Part shown: one piece after another, positions 31,977 through 32,000 of the stretch
Layout of the letters: each line of letters starts with the position of its first letter
Position numbering within the stretch: the first letter of the stretch is position 1
Assembly: GCF_018141105.1 (NCBI RefSeq)
Contig: NZ_CP054839.1
Location: 5,489,411 to 5,521,410, forward strand
Direction: 5' to 3'
Source of the DNA: Saccharopolyspora erythraea
GTDB taxonomy: Bacteria; Actinomycetota; Actinomycetes; Mycobacteriales; Pseudonocardiaceae
Length of the DNA: 32,000 nucleotides
The notes under the pieces: model-generated
What the model saw: the letters and a program-made list of their open reading frames with translations, nothing else
The model's database searches: none
Told to the model about the DNA's origin: nothing
Made by a program: the position numbers and the translations under genes

Positions 31977-32000
31977 TTGCGCCCTGCCGCCGTCACGAAA

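Noticed and set aside
1-32000. Mobile elements, CRISPR arrays, tRNA/rRNA genes, prophage or defence-system genes
   Set aside because: No transposase- or integrase-like ORFs, no terminal inverted repeats flanking a segment, no regularly spaced repeat-spacer array, and no conserved RNA-gene sequence were recognised. A tRNAscan/Infernal run would be needed to exclude small RNAs formally.

Overview
Visibly GC-rich, actinomycete-type DNA (GC not computed). No rRNA, tRNA, CRISPR array or transposase-like ORF was recognised by eye. The first 4.5 kb looks like ordinary chromosome: a truncated ribA, an F420/LLM oxidoreductase, a divergent HxlR-WrbA quinone-response pair, a lipocalin-like protein and a TetR regulator. 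From about 4.5 kb to the right edge the window is a secondary-metabolite cluster of the ansamycin (AHBA-primed polyketide) type. On the minus strand a 4132-aa type I PKS (loading module CAL-KR0-ACP, module 1 KS-AT-DH-ER-KR-ACP, module 2 KS-AT-ACP, no TE) is followed 6 nt later by a RifF-like amide synthase. An aromatic FAD hydroxylase and an O-methyltransferase then follow, each joined by an ATGA overlap. Flanking this are AHBA-pathway homologues: aminoDAHP synthase divergent from the PKS, an AHBA synthase-oxidoreductase-phosphatase operon, and a kinase-aminoDHQ synthase-aminoquinate dehydrogenase operon. A Xi-class glutathionyl-hydroquinone reductase sits inside this cassette, and a LAL-family LuxR regulator lies at the right edge. 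The main oddity is that the whole visible assembly line is AHBA plus only two extensions, yet it is wired to an amide synthase, and that chain is too short for a normal ansa macrolactam. All calls rest on motif reading and recalled family knowledge; no database search was run. Domain borders are approximate (tens of nt); catalytic-codon coordinates were checked for frame.
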